In this document: piece after piece, positions 37,718-46,861 of the stretch
How positions within the stretch are numbered: position 1 is the first letter of the stretch
Layout: every line of letters starts with the position of its first letter
Origin: Terrimicrobiaceae bacterium
GTDB lineage: Bacteria; Verrucomicrobiota; Verrucomicrobiia; Chthoniobacterales; Terrimicrobiaceae
Reading direction: 5' to 3'
Length of the DNA: 59,595 bases
Assembly: GCA_041752695.1 (NCBI GenBank)
Contig: JBGSVZ010000123.1
Span: forward strand, 1-59,595
Notes under the pieces: generated by a model
What the model saw: only the letters and a program-made list of their open reading frames with translations
Databases searched by the model: none
What the model was told of the DNA's origin: nothing
Position numbers and translations under genes: made by a program

Positions 37718-38821
37718 ATGATGAGGGCCATGAAGTTATCCGCGCAGGACAGAATTCAGGCTTTGCTGACCGAAATGACCGAATCCGGCGAGGCCCGTGG
37801 GGTGCAGGTGGCGGTTTATCGCCGGGGCGAATTGATCGTCGATGCGTGGGCGGGCGTGGCGGATTGCCGCACCGGACGGGGAGTGGATGGGGACACGTTG
37901 TTTCCTATTTTTTCGGTGAGCAAGGGGATCGCCGCGACGCTGGCCCATCAAGCCGTCGGACGCGGCCTGCTGAGCTACGATCAGCCTCTGGCCTCGCTCT
38001 GGCCGGAGTTCGCCGCCCATGGCAAGGAAGGCATCACGTTGCGTCATGCGCTCAACCACAGCGCAGGCGTGCCGCAATTGCCGCAAGGAATCGGATTTAC
38101 CGATCTGGCCGATTGGGATCGAATGAGCGCGGCGGTGGCGCAGCTTGTGCCCGTTTCGCCGCCGGGCAGCCGGGCGGAGTACCATGCGATCACGTATGGA
38201 TCGCTGGTTGGTGAAGCCGTGCGGCGGGCGGACGGACGATCGTTTTCCCGGCTCCTGCGCGAGGAGATCGCCGTGCCCCTTGGCCTCGAAGGCATGTATG
38301 TGGGAATTCCCGACGAGGTGGAATCCCGCGTCGCGTTTCTGGAAGAGTATGATCTGGCCCCGCCGGCGGACGATTCCCAGCCTTCGCCCGTTCCGGCCTG
38401 GTTGGGCTCCTTGCACACCTTCATGAACCGGCCCGATATGCGCCGGGCCTGCCTGCCCGCTTCGTCGGGCATCATGAATGCCCGCGCCATCGCCCGACAT
38501 TATGCGGCGCTGCTGCCCGGCGGCGTGGAGGGAATCGAGTTGCTGCCGCCGGGAGCGGTTCGCGAGGCCACGGCTTGGCAAGGTCTCAAAAACCCGCAGG
38601 GCGAAGACTCCCCCTTTGGGCTGGGGTATCAGTTGCTGCCCGGGCTGGCTGCGCCAGGATCTGTGGGTGTGCCTTTCGGACATGGCGGATATGGCGGCTC
38701 GTTGGGCTTTGCGGAAATGGGAAGCCGGCTGGCGGTGGGCCTAACTAGAAACCTTTTCAACAAGCAAAACGTCGCCGAGCTTGTCGTGGCGGAGTTGAAT
38801 GCGGCCTTGGAAAAACGATAG
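37718..38821 (+). CDS. Serine hydrolase / family VIII esterase (beta-lactamase fold)
   Basis: 'FSVSKG', 'WPEF..HGKE.ITLRHALNHSAG', 'YHAITYG', 'FGHGGYGGS'; start 37718 or 37730. Confidence 0.88.
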   Translation: MMRAMKLSAQDRIQALLTEMTESGEARGVQVAVYRRGELIVDAWAGVADCRTGRGVDGDTLFPIFSVSKGIAATLAHQAVGRGLLSYDQPLASLWPEFAAHGKEGITLRHALNHSAGVPQLPQGIGFTDLADWDRMSAAVAQLVPVSPPGSRAEYHAITYGSLVGEAVRRADGRSFSRLLREEIAVPLGLEGMYVGIPDEVESRVAFLEEYDLAPPADDSQPSPVPAWLGSLHTFMNRPDMRRACLPASSGIMNARAIARHYAALLPGGVEGIELLPPGAVREATAWQGLKNPQGEDSPFGLGYQLLPGLAAPGSVGVPFGHGGYGGSLGFAEMGSRLAVGLTRNLFNKQNVAELVVAELNAALEKR

Positions 38822-38828
38822 CAACCTC

Positions 38829-39641
38829 ATGAAAAAATCCCCCTGTATGGCGATCCGGCTGGCACTTTTTCTTTTGATTGTGACTGGGCCGGTTAAGTCG
38901 GAGGACATTCTCTTTTTTGGCAACAGTTACACAAACGGCAGCGGCGATGTGGAGGTGGCCAAGCTCGGGGTGCCGAAGCTTGTTCAGGCAATTGCCCTTG
39001 CCAAGGGTCGTCCGATCGCGACGGAAAAGGTGGTGGCTGGGGGCAAGGATTGGGGGTTTCATCTTCTGCAGCCGCAGACTGCGGACGTATTGACTGCGAA
39101 GAAATGGGATTGGGTCGTTCTGCAGGATCACAGCACCAAGCCCACCCGCGTTGGCAGCGTCGAAGAGCATGTTCGAAACGGCGAGGAATTCTACCGGAGG
39201 ATTCACGCAGAGTCGCCCGCTGCAAAGATCCTCCTCTACGAGACCTGGGCGCGGGCGGCCGGAAATTCCATGTATGGTTCCAGAGGTTTTTCCAGTCCGG
39301 AAGATATGACCGGCGAACTTCACCAAGGGTACGCCGCCTCCGAGGCGGGCATGGAAGCTCTCGAGGCCGGCGAACAAGTGATGGTCGCGCCGGTGGGTCA
39401 GGCGTTTGCGCTGAGTTTGAAAAAACACCCTGAGCTGATTTTGCATGCGGAGGATAAGCATCACGCCAGCGCGCTGGGTAGCTACCTCGCGGCCTTGGTG
39501 CTTTACGCGACTCTCTTCCAGGATAGTCCGGTGGGGGCCGTGGCTTCGTTTCCCGGAGTGGAAATTGACCCGGCCGAGGCGCTAAAACTTCAGCAGATTG
39601 CGGAGGAAGTCACCTCACCGCTGCGGAGTCCGAAATCGTGA
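38829..39641 (+). CDS. Secreted SGNH/GDSL-like esterase (DUF4886-like)
   Basis: 'ILFFGNSYT', 'WDWVVLQD', 'LYETW', 'APVGQAF', 'DKHH..LGSYLAA'. Confidence 0.8.
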   Translation: MKKSPCMAIRLALFLLIVTGPVKSEDILFFGNSYTNGSGDVEVAKLGVPKLVQAIALAKGRPIATEKVVAGGKDWGFHLLQPQTADVLTAKKWDWVVLQDHSTKPTRVGSVEEHVRNGEEFYRRIHAESPAAKILLYETWARAAGNSMYGSRGFSSPEDMTGELHQGYAASEAGMEALEAGEQVMVAPVGQAFALSLKKHPELILHAEDKHHASALGSYLAALVLYATLFQDSPVGAVASFPGVEIDPAEALKLQQIAEEVTSPLRSPKS

Positions 39642-40609
39642 AGGCTGCCATCCACCTCCTGTTGCCTATCCTTTCCTGCACTCTTTTCTTCGGAGGTCTG
39701 CAGGGCGGAGAGCCTTCCGAAGTTACGCCGGAGGGCTGCGTCGTTGAAAAATTCAGGCTTCCGTCCCCGGCGATGGCACGCGAGATCGAAGTGGCGGTTC
39801 TGCTGCCCCCGGCATACCAATCGCGGTCTGATCCACTGCCGGTGCTGTATGCGTTGCACGGGACGGGAGCCTCCTACCTGTCGTTCAAAGACATGATCCC
39901 CTTGAGAAGGTTTCTGGTGGATCACCCGATGATTGTTGTGGCGTTCAATGGGGAAGAGTCCTGGTATCTTGATGCCCCCGGACGTCCGGAGTATTTGTTC
40001 ACCACGTTTTTCTTTGAAGAGCTTGTGCCGGAGATCAACCGCCGCTTCCGGACGGACGGCAAAATGGCGGTGACGGGTTTTTCGATGGGCGGATTTGGCA
40101 CCCTCCACTACCTGTTGGAACATCAGGACCGGTTCACCTCTGCCAGCACCTTGAGTGGAGCGTTCGAGTGTTTTGACAATTCCCCGGAAAGCAGCCGGTG
40201 GGTCAGGAGAGAGGAAGACTTGCTGGGGTCGAGGGAGAAAAATCCGGAAGCGTACTTGCGCGTGGCTCTGGCCTCCCGGTTCAAACGCCTGGTGTCGGAG
40301 GGAAGCAAGCTTCCACCCCTTCTGATCCTTTGCGGTTCCGAGGATCGCTTGAGAGATTCCAACCGGCGCTTTATCGACCGGCTTCAGGCGATCAATGCAG
40401 AAGAGCTCAAGAAATATGCCTCCGAACTGGATTCCCTTGCGACCCCCAAGGAACGGGTTGCGCGGCTCTCGCAGATCCGAAAATCCGACCTGATTGATTA
40501 CGAATACCGGGAAACCCCCGGCGATCACGACTGGCCATACTGGCGCGACACTATGCCGGCCGCAGCCGAATTCCACTGGAACCATTTCGCGGGGCCTCTT
40601 GCCAAATAA
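39638..40609 (+). CDS. Secreted esterase (CE1/S-formylglutathione hydrolase-like)
   Basis: 'VLLPPAY', 'PVLYALHG', 'GFSMGG', 'CGSED', 'GDHDWPYW'. Confidence 0.85.
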   Translation: MKAAIHLLLPILSCTLFFGGLQGGEPSEVTPEGCVVEKFRLPSPAMAREIEVAVLLPPAYQSRSDPLPVLYALHGTGASYLSFKDMIPLRRFLVDHPMIVVAFNGEESWYLDAPGRPEYLFTTFFFEELVPEINRRFRTDGKMAVTGFSMGGFGTLHYLLEHQDRFTSASTLSGAFECFDNSPESSRWVRREEDLLGSREKNPEAYLRVALASRFKRLVSEGSKLPPLLILCGSEDRLRDSNRRFIDRLQAINAEELKKYASELDSLATPKERVARLSQIRKSDLIDYEYRETPGDHDWPYWRDTMPAAAEFHWNHFAGPLAK

Positions 40610-40622
40610 TCACACATGTGAT
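40609..40622. promoter_or_regulatory. Operator ATCACACATGTGAT
   Basis: Begins at the esterase stop codon, 12 bp before ATG 40635. Confidence 0.72.
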
Positions 40623-40634
40623 TTCTTTGCAGCC

Positions 40635-40967
40635 ATGCCCCCCAAAGCACCCCCCTGCTGCACCGTTATTCTTCTTCTTGTTGACGGCAAGTCCGCTGAT
40701 CCGGTCAACGGTGCGATCCAACTCGACAGCTTCGGGCCGAATACCGGAGTGAAAGGGGAGATCACGGATTGCTTTTTTGATGGAGGGGCCTTCACGCTCT
40801 CCGGGGGAACCCGCGGTGAAGCCGGTGAGCCGATTTTCCTGCGCGGAAACAAATTCGGTCGCACCAGCAACTGCGGAGCGACGAATCCGAACGGGCGCAA
40901 GGATCACGACGTGGATGACTCCAATGTCTGGGCCGATACCGGCGAGCCCGCCAAGGGCAAACTATGA
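40635..40967 (+). pseudogene. Internally deleted duplicate of the beta-helix gene 43017-43934
   Basis: 40683-40967 is collinear with 43650-43934: DGKSADPVNGAIQLDSFGPNTG..ITDCFFDGGAFTL..LRGNKFGR..HDVDDSNVWADTG versus DGKSLDGVNGAIQFGSFGPNTG..ITDCFFEGGAFTL..LRGNKFGR..HDVDASNVWADTG. Confidence 0.8.
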
Positions 40968-40982
40968 AACACTCTCGCAGGA

Positions 40983-42083
40983 ATGCTAATGAAAATTCCT
41001 TCCTTCAGCCTTAGTCTTTTTTGGGCGCTTTCCGTCGGTTTGTCCGGTCCGGCGTTTGCCACGGAGCAACTGCGTAATCTCAACGAGAAAGACCCGAAAC
41101 CGCGCTTTGAGGTGACCGACCGGACCTGGCCCTCGCGTCCCGAGGAGGCCTCGGTGTGTTTGTGGAAAGATGACAAACTGGCGGCCTTGAGTGTGACCAT
41201 CGACGACAACTCGGGTCCGGACGTCGAATGGTGGCTGGAAACGGCGGCGAAGCAAAATCTTCCGCTCACCTGGTTTCTCATCACCGGTCGCATCAGTGGA
41301 CCAAATCGTTACAATCTCAAATGGGAAGATTGGGCGGGAGTGCGGGCCAGGGGCCACGAGATCGAATCGCACACGGTCGAGCATTTGCACACCGAGGTGC
41401 CCGGATGGGGGAGCATCGAGCGTGAATACGCCGAGTCCATCAAGCAGATTGAAGCGGGAATTCCCGGGCATACCGCCCGTTTCCTGGCCTATCCCGGCGG
41501 CAAGAACAAGGCCCTGAATGACCGGGAGGTCGCGGCCAGGTATTACAACGGAGCACGCGGCGGCCCCGGGATGCCAAACCGGGCCAATACGATTGATTAC
41601 CTCGCGGTCAATGGCATGTCTTCTCCCAACCTGGGAGAAGGCGGAGAGTGGGCCAATCTCAATAACCTCTTCGTCTCCGGTCACAAAAACTATCGCGGAT
41701 GGGCGGTGGTTGTTCACCACTTGCTGAAAGACAAAGCGTCCCAGGATCCCTATTTTGCATTTTTCGAGGAGCATAAGTCCGACCTCTGGCTTGGAGGTTT
41801 TGGTGAAGTCTGCCGCTACGGTCAGGAGCGCGACACCGCCACCCTTACAGTCACGGAGAACACCGCTTCCCGAATCGCTTTTACCCTCGAAGACCGAATG
41901 GACGACAAGGCCTTCGACTACCCGCTCACGGTCAAAGTCCGTCTGCCCGATGGCTGGAAAGAAGCCGTGGTCGCGCAGGATGGCAAGGGCATGCCAAGCC
42001 GGACGGTCGAGCATGAAGGTGCCCGGTACGCCCTGGTGCAGGCCGTGCCGGACCGGGGAGCGGTCACCCTTTCCCGCCCATGA
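40983..42083 (+). CDS. Secreted CE4/NodB-like polysaccharide deacetylase, paralogue 3
   Basis: 'VTIDDN', 'TWFLIT', 'ESHTVEH', 'LAYPGG', 'YRGWAVVVHH', 'YGQERDTA', 'FDYPLTVKVRLP'. Confidence 0.83.
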   Translation: MLMKIPSFSLSLFWALSVGLSGPAFATEQLRNLNEKDPKPRFEVTDRTWPSRPEEASVCLWKDDKLAALSVTIDDNSGPDVEWWLETAAKQNLPLTWFLITGRISGPNRYNLKWEDWAGVRARGHEIESHTVEHLHTEVPGWGSIEREYAESIKQIEAGIPGHTARFLAYPGGKNKALNDREVAARYYNGARGGPGMPNRANTIDYLAVNGMSSPNLGEGGEWANLNNLFVSGHKNYRGWAVVVHHLLKDKASQDPYFAFFEEHKSDLWLGGFGEVCRYGQERDTATLTVTENTASRIAFTLEDRMDDKAFDYPLTVKVRLPDGWKEAVVAQDGKGMPSRTVEHEGARYALVQAVPDRGAVTLSRP

Positions 42084-42937
42084 TTCCGAAGATGTTCACC
42101 CGATGTTTGGCAGCGGCCGTTTTCCTCGCTGGGGTCGAGGGTGAAGCCGCCGAGAGCACCGTGGAGCAGGTTGCGGCGGCTTCCGCTGTCACGCCCAAGG
42201 CGGAGCTGTTCCGGGCGGGCGAGGCCAAGGCGATTCCGACCCTGGCGGCCGGGGGATTTGCGGATTTGCCGTCTTTCGAAGATCATTTCCTGGCGAGTTG
42301 GGAGCAGACGCAAGACGCCTGGCGCGTTGCGACCTGGAAACAAAATGGCACCCTCATGTCTCCCGACCGCTGCCGCACCGATGGCCAGGGTCACCTCGTC
42401 CAAACCGTCCTGGCCGGGGATCCGCCCCGCGGGGGATCCCTGCAAACCAAACGGGAATTCGGCTATGGGCGCTGGATCGCACGGGTGAAGGCGTCCGCGG
42501 TCCCCGGACTTCTCAACAGCATTTTCACCAAGGATTGGGACGACCTCACCACCCCGGGTGACGATCAGGACGGGCTGAAGGCGGAGGTGGATATCGAATT
42601 TGTCACCCACACCTTCGGCGACAACCAGGGTCAGGTTCATCTCGCCATCCACTTGAAGGACCATGACAACTTCTGGCACGGCAATGTTCCGCTGGATTTT
42701 AATCCCTCCGAGGATTTTCACGAATGGGGTTTTGATATCCTGCCCGACCGTGTCGTCTGGCATGTGGATGGAAAAGTGCTCCAGACGTGGGCCAATACCC
42801 CGGAGTATCTCGTCCACCCCGGCTACGAATTCTTTTTCAACTCCTGGACCCAGAAAAGTTGGCTCAAGGGGCCTCCCCTCCAGGACGGCCAATACGAGAT
42901 CGACTGGGTGAAATTTTACCCGCTAAGGGAGAAGTAA
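42080..42937 (+). CDS. Secreted GH16 glycoside hydrolase
   Basis: 'FGYGRWIARVK', catalytic 'EVDIEF', 'DFHEWG', 'WHVDG', 'YEIDWVKFY'. Confidence 0.88.
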   Translation: MIPKMFTRCLAAAVFLAGVEGEAAESTVEQVAAASAVTPKAELFRAGEAKAIPTLAAGGFADLPSFEDHFLASWEQTQDAWRVATWKQNGTLMSPDRCRTDGQGHLVQTVLAGDPPRGGSLQTKREFGYGRWIARVKASAVPGLLNSIFTKDWDDLTTPGDDQDGLKAEVDIEFVTHTFGDNQGQVHLAIHLKDHDNFWHGNVPLDFNPSEDFHEWGFDILPDRVVWHVDGKVLQTWANTPEYLVHPGYEFFFNSWTQKSWLKGPPLQDGQYEIDWVKFYPLREK

Positions 42938-42980
42938 GGGCATTCGCTCCAGCGGCATACTTTTCCAAAGCAAGCTCCAG

Positions 42981-43010
42981 TTGACGATCATCAAACATGT
43001 GATATAGGCT
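42981..43010 (+). promoter_or_regulatory. Promoter TTGACG-N18-TAGGCT with operator ATCAAACATGTGAT (42990-43003) in the spacer
   Basis: -35 at 42981-42986 and -10-like at 43005-43010; typical repressor geometry. Confidence 0.78.
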
Positions 43011-43016
43011 GAGGAA

Positions 43017-43934
43017 GTGAAATCCCCTATTCTGTTTCCATCCCTGATCCTGGGCACTCTTCTTGTCGGTCTCTCCCCCCTCCCAGCGGAAACGGTGGCG
43101 CATGGGAGCGAGTTGGTGCGCGGAAAAAATTGCGGCCTGCCCGAGGGCACGGAACTGGCGAAAAGTGAGGAGACCGTCTTCAAGCAACCTGACGTGATCA
43201 CGGGCAAAATGTTGGGATCGGTGAAAACGACCCATACCGAGGGCGTCGTGAAATTTGTGAAGTGCAAGTTTGTGAATCCCGGATTTATCCCGCTGTCGGA
43301 AGGAGGCACGGCCTCACCGGGGACAGCCTATTACACGGTGCAGCGGGCGGGAACGGGTTCGGTGGAGTTGGAGGATTGTGAAGTGTATGGCGGAAAAAGC
43401 GTCGCCATCGTGGGAGTGGACAAAGTGACAAGAACCTATGTGGCGGAGGGCAATGACCTGCTGCGCGCTCCCGAGGGCGAGTCGTTTTATACCGAGGTCC
43501 TGGCCGAGAAGCTGATCATGGCCAGTCCCGAATCCCACAGCGACGTTATGCAAGTGACGTTTGGCAAGGATTTCACGCCGGACAACCCCGCCGTTGGCAC
43601 CATTCATGTCGTGCGCTGCAAGTTCGACGCCCGCGGACGGGTGGGGGACGACGGCAAGTCGCTGGATGGCGTGAATGGCGCGATTCAGTTCGGCAGTTTC
43701 GGGCCAAACACCGGCGTGGCTGGGGTGATCACGGACTGTTTTTTTGAGGGAGGAGCCTTCACTCTGGCGGGAGGCGGACAGGGGGATGCGGGCAAGCCGG
43801 TGGTGTTGCGCGGAAATAAATTTGGCCGCCTGAGCAAATACGGGGCGTTTAATCCCAATTGGCGCAAAAACCATGATGTGGATGCCTCGAATGTCTGGGC
43901 CGACACCGGAGCTCCTGCCGAAGGTAAACCTTAG
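43017..43934 (+). CDS. Secreted right-handed beta-helix-like protein
   Basis: Signal peptide; short beta-strand/Cys-Phe repeats (VKCKF, LEDCEV, VRCKF, ITDCFF, LRGNKF); 'HSDVMQ'. Confidence 0.65.
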   Translation: MKSPILFPSLILGTLLVGLSPLPAETVAHGSELVRGKNCGLPEGTELAKSEETVFKQPDVITGKMLGSVKTTHTEGVVKFVKCKFVNPGFIPLSEGGTASPGTAYYTVQRAGTGSVELEDCEVYGGKSVAIVGVDKVTRTYVAEGNDLLRAPEGESFYTEVLAEKLIMASPESHSDVMQVTFGKDFTPDNPAVGTIHVVRCKFDARGRVGDDGKSLDGVNGAIQFGSFGPNTGVAGVITDCFFEGGAFTLAGGGQGDAGKPVVLRGNKFGRLSKYGAFNPNWRKNHDVDASNVWADTGAPAEGKP

Positions 43935-43949
43935 ATTTCCTCTGCCTTT

Positions 43950-45023
43950 ATGAAACCCCTCCTCCCCATCCTTCTTGCCCTCACCGTTCCGGCTTGGGCC
44001 AACGAACAGCTTCCCAACCTGAGTGACGAAAAACCGGCAGCCCGGTTTGCGGTCAGCGGCCCCGTCTGGCCGGCCAATCCCGGTGATGCGGAGATTTGTC
44101 TTTGGAAGGACGACAAAATTGCGCCCGTCACGTTTACGGTGGACGACAACATCTCACCCGACGTGCCCTGGTGGCTCGAGATGGGGGACAAGTACGGGCT
44201 GAAGGTTACCTGGTTTATCATCACCAAGAACGTTGGTGGCAATGGGGTGGGCGGCACGTGGGACCTTTGGAAGCAAGTCTTGGCTCGCGGACAGGATGTG
44301 CAATCCCACACCCACACGCATCTTCATGCGGACGAACCCGGTTGGTCGGGCATCGAGTGGGAGTACACCGAGTCCAAAAAAATGATCGAAGAAAATCTTC
44401 CCGGCCATCGGGTGCGTTTCCTGGCCTACCCTGGCGGGCCGAATTCCAAGTTGAACGACCGTGGCGTGGCCGGAAAAAACTACGCGGGAGCCCGCGGGGT
44501 CACGGGGACCCTGGTGCCGCCCAATGTGGTGGATTACCTGAGTGTGCGCGCGGTGACGGAAAGTTCCTTCGACAATCCCGCGGCGAAATGGGCCGATCTG
44601 AAACGTGTGCTCGACCCGGCCGACAAGGTCTATCGCGGCTGGGCAATTCTCATCTACCACGGCGTGAAGGATAAAAATCCGGACCGCCCGATGTTCCAAT
44701 ACCTCGCCGAAAACAAGGAGCAGTTCTGGATGGCCCATTTCGGCGATGTTTCCCTCTACGCGCAGGAACGCGACACGGCCACGCTGAAGGTGACGGAAAA
44801 CACGGCTTCCAAAATTTCCTTCAACCTGGAGGACCGGATGGAGGACGCGGCGTTTGATTTTCCGCTGACCGTCAAGGTCCGCCTCCCGGACGGGTGGAAA
44901 ACGGTTTCCGCCGTCCAGGGCGGCAAACCTGCCGGCGCGACGCGGATCGAGCACGAGGGCAAAGCCTACGCCCTGGTTCAGGCTGTGCCGGACCGCGGGG
45001 TGGTCTCGCTTTCCGCCCAATGA
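43950..45023 (+). CDS. Secreted CE4/NodB-like polysaccharide deacetylase, paralogue 4
   Basis: 'FTVDDN', 'TWFIIT', 'QSHTHTH', 'LAYPGG', 'YRGWAILIYHG', 'YAQERDTA', 'FDFPLTVKVRLP'. Confidence 0.83.
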   Translation: MKPLLPILLALTVPAWANEQLPNLSDEKPAARFAVSGPVWPANPGDAEICLWKDDKIAPVTFTVDDNISPDVPWWLEMGDKYGLKVTWFIITKNVGGNGVGGTWDLWKQVLARGQDVQSHTHTHLHADEPGWSGIEWEYTESKKMIEENLPGHRVRFLAYPGGPNSKLNDRGVAGKNYAGARGVTGTLVPPNVVDYLSVRAVTESSFDNPAAKWADLKRVLDPADKVYRGWAILIYHGVKDKNPDRPMFQYLAENKEQFWMAHFGDVSLYAQERDTATLKVTENTASKISFNLEDRMEDAAFDFPLTVKVRLPDGWKTVSAVQGGKPAGATRIEHEGKAYALVQAVPDRGVVSLSAQ

Positions 45024-45035
45024 CGCAGCTCATGC

Positions 45036-46850
45036 TTGCCGGGCGGGCGGCTCCCGGCGCAAGGTGCTGATAGCTTGACCGCAACAGCCCCACCTCCCTC
45101 GACGCTTCGCAGTTTCCTCTGGCCGTATTGTCGGCCTCACCGGAAAAAGCTGGTGCTGGCGGTTGCCCTGAATGCGTTCAGCGGCGTGGCCATCAGTCTC
45201 CAGACGCTCGCGCCCAAATATTTCATCGACGACATTCTGATGAATTCCGCGCTGGATGCGTCGGCGAAACTTCGCTGGTCGCTCCTGCTGGCCGGGGCGT
45301 TCCTGGGGATCACCGTGATCTGGCGGATGCTGCTCTGGCACATCAGTTACCGGATCTTCACGAAAATCCGCGAGATGGTGGTGCGCGATCTGCGCTCGGC
45401 GTTTTTCCGCCACATCAATTCGCTCTGCCTGCGCTTTCATGTCCGGCATCAGAGTGGCGAATTGTTCAGCTACCTCTTCGGCACCCCGCTCACCCAGGTG
45501 CAGACGTATTTCCAGCAGTTGACCATGATGGGGCCGCATTGTGCCTTCAGCGCCATCTCCACTCTGATGGTGGTGATGTTCTGGGATCCGTTTCTCACCG
45601 CCGTCATGTTTGTCGCCGTGGCGGCGTCCACGGTGGTGATGGCCTACAGCAAGGGGCGGGTGAAAACCCTGAGCGCCGACTACCAGGAACGGGAGCGTTC
45701 CGTGAGTGGGCGGGTGGCCGATCTGATTCGCGGCACGCGGCATGTGAAACTTTATGCCATCGAAGACGATGTCGCCGACCGCTTTAAGGTCGAGGCCGAA
45801 TCCATCGGTCAGGAGATGGTGCGGCGCGACGTGCGGTCGCACGAGCTCTGGATGGGCTACGAGGCAGTCAGCTACGTGGGTTTCGCGCTGCTGATTGTGG
45901 TTGGGGCCTGGCGGTTCATTGGGGGAGAGGTCCAGATTGGCGAACTAGCGGCGTATCTGAGCGCCTACACCGCGCTGGCCTGGCCGCTCAATGTGTTGTT
46001 CCAAATCTCCCAGGCCCGCGGTGGCGCCCAGGCCAGCCTCGAACGCATGGCGGCGGTGATGGATACGCTGAGCAGCACGCCGGAGCCCCCTGAGGCCCGA
46101 CGCGCCACCCCTCCGGCGCGCGCCGAGATCCGGTTTGAGAATGTCAGTTTCCGCTACACGGATGTTCCGGTGATCGAAGACTTCCATCTCACCATCCCTT
46201 ACGGCCAGTCGGTCGCCTTGGTCGGTGCCTCCGGCTCGGGCAAAAGCACGCTTTCGCAACTCATGCTCCGCCTCTACGACCCCCAGACCGGGGTGGTAAG
46301 CATGGGCGGGGTCGATCTCAAAACCTGCTCCGGACGCGACGTGCGCCGGATGTTTGGCATCGTGCCGCAGCAGCCCTATTTTTTCCGCGCGACTGTTCTG
46401 GACAATGTGCGATTGCTGAAGCCCTCGGCGACGGAAGAAGAGGTGTGGCAGGCGTTGGATCTGGCACACGCTTCGCAGTTTGTCCGCGAGCTGCCCGAGG
46501 GTCTGACCACCCTGCTTGGCGAAGAGGGGTCCACCCTTTCCGGGGGACAGCGCCAGCGCCTTGCCATTGCCCGTGCCTTGCTGGCTTCGCCGTCTTATTT
46601 TATCTTTGATGAAGCAACGAGTGCGCTCGACACCGTGAGCGAAAAAAACATCCAGGAGACCCTTACCAAAATTCTCCCCGGGCACACCGCGATCATCATT
46701 GCCCACCGACTTGCGACCATTCGCCACTGCGAACGCGTCATCGTTCTGGACAATGGCCGGATCGTGCAGGATGGCACTTACGACGAATTGCTGCGGGTGG
46801 ACGGTCCCTTCTCCGCCATGGCCCGGCAACCCGAGTTTGGCGAAAAATAG
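45036..46850 (+). CDS. ABC transporter, fused permease/ATPase (MsbA-like type IV fold)
   Basis: Multi-helix N-terminal membrane domain; Walker A 'GASGSGKST', signature 'LSGGQRQR', Walker B 'FIFDEATSALD', 'AHRL'. Start codon uncertain. Confidence 0.92.
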   Translation: MPGGRLPAQGADSLTATAPPPSTLRSFLWPYCRPHRKKLVLAVALNAFSGVAISLQTLAPKYFIDDILMNSALDASAKLRWSLLLAGAFLGITVIWRMLLWHISYRIFTKIREMVVRDLRSAFFRHINSLCLRFHVRHQSGELFSYLFGTPLTQVQTYFQQLTMMGPHCAFSAISTLMVVMFWDPFLTAVMFVAVAASTVVMAYSKGRVKTLSADYQERERSVSGRVADLIRGTRHVKLYAIEDDVADRFKVEAESIGQEMVRRDVRSHELWMGYEAVSYVGFALLIVVGAWRFIGGEVQIGELAAYLSAYTALAWPLNVLFQISQARGGAQASLERMAAVMDTLSSTPEPPEARRATPPARAEIRFENVSFRYTDVPVIEDFHLTIPYGQSVALVGASGSGKSTLSQLMLRLYDPQTGVVSMGGVDLKTCSGRDVRRMFGIVPQQPYFFRATVLDNVRLLKPSATEEEVWQALDLAHASQFVRELPEGLTTLLGEEGSTLSGGQRQRLAIARALLASPSYFIFDEATSALDTVSEKNIQETLTKILPGHTAIIIAHRLATIRHCERVIVLDNGRIVQDGTYDELLRVDGPFSAMARQPEFGEK

Positions 46851-46861
46851 CGGAAACTTTT

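Noticed and set aside
36440..38821. Beta-lactam resistance genes
   Set aside because: The SxxK fold is shared with family VIII esterases, and the context is carbohydrate catabolism.
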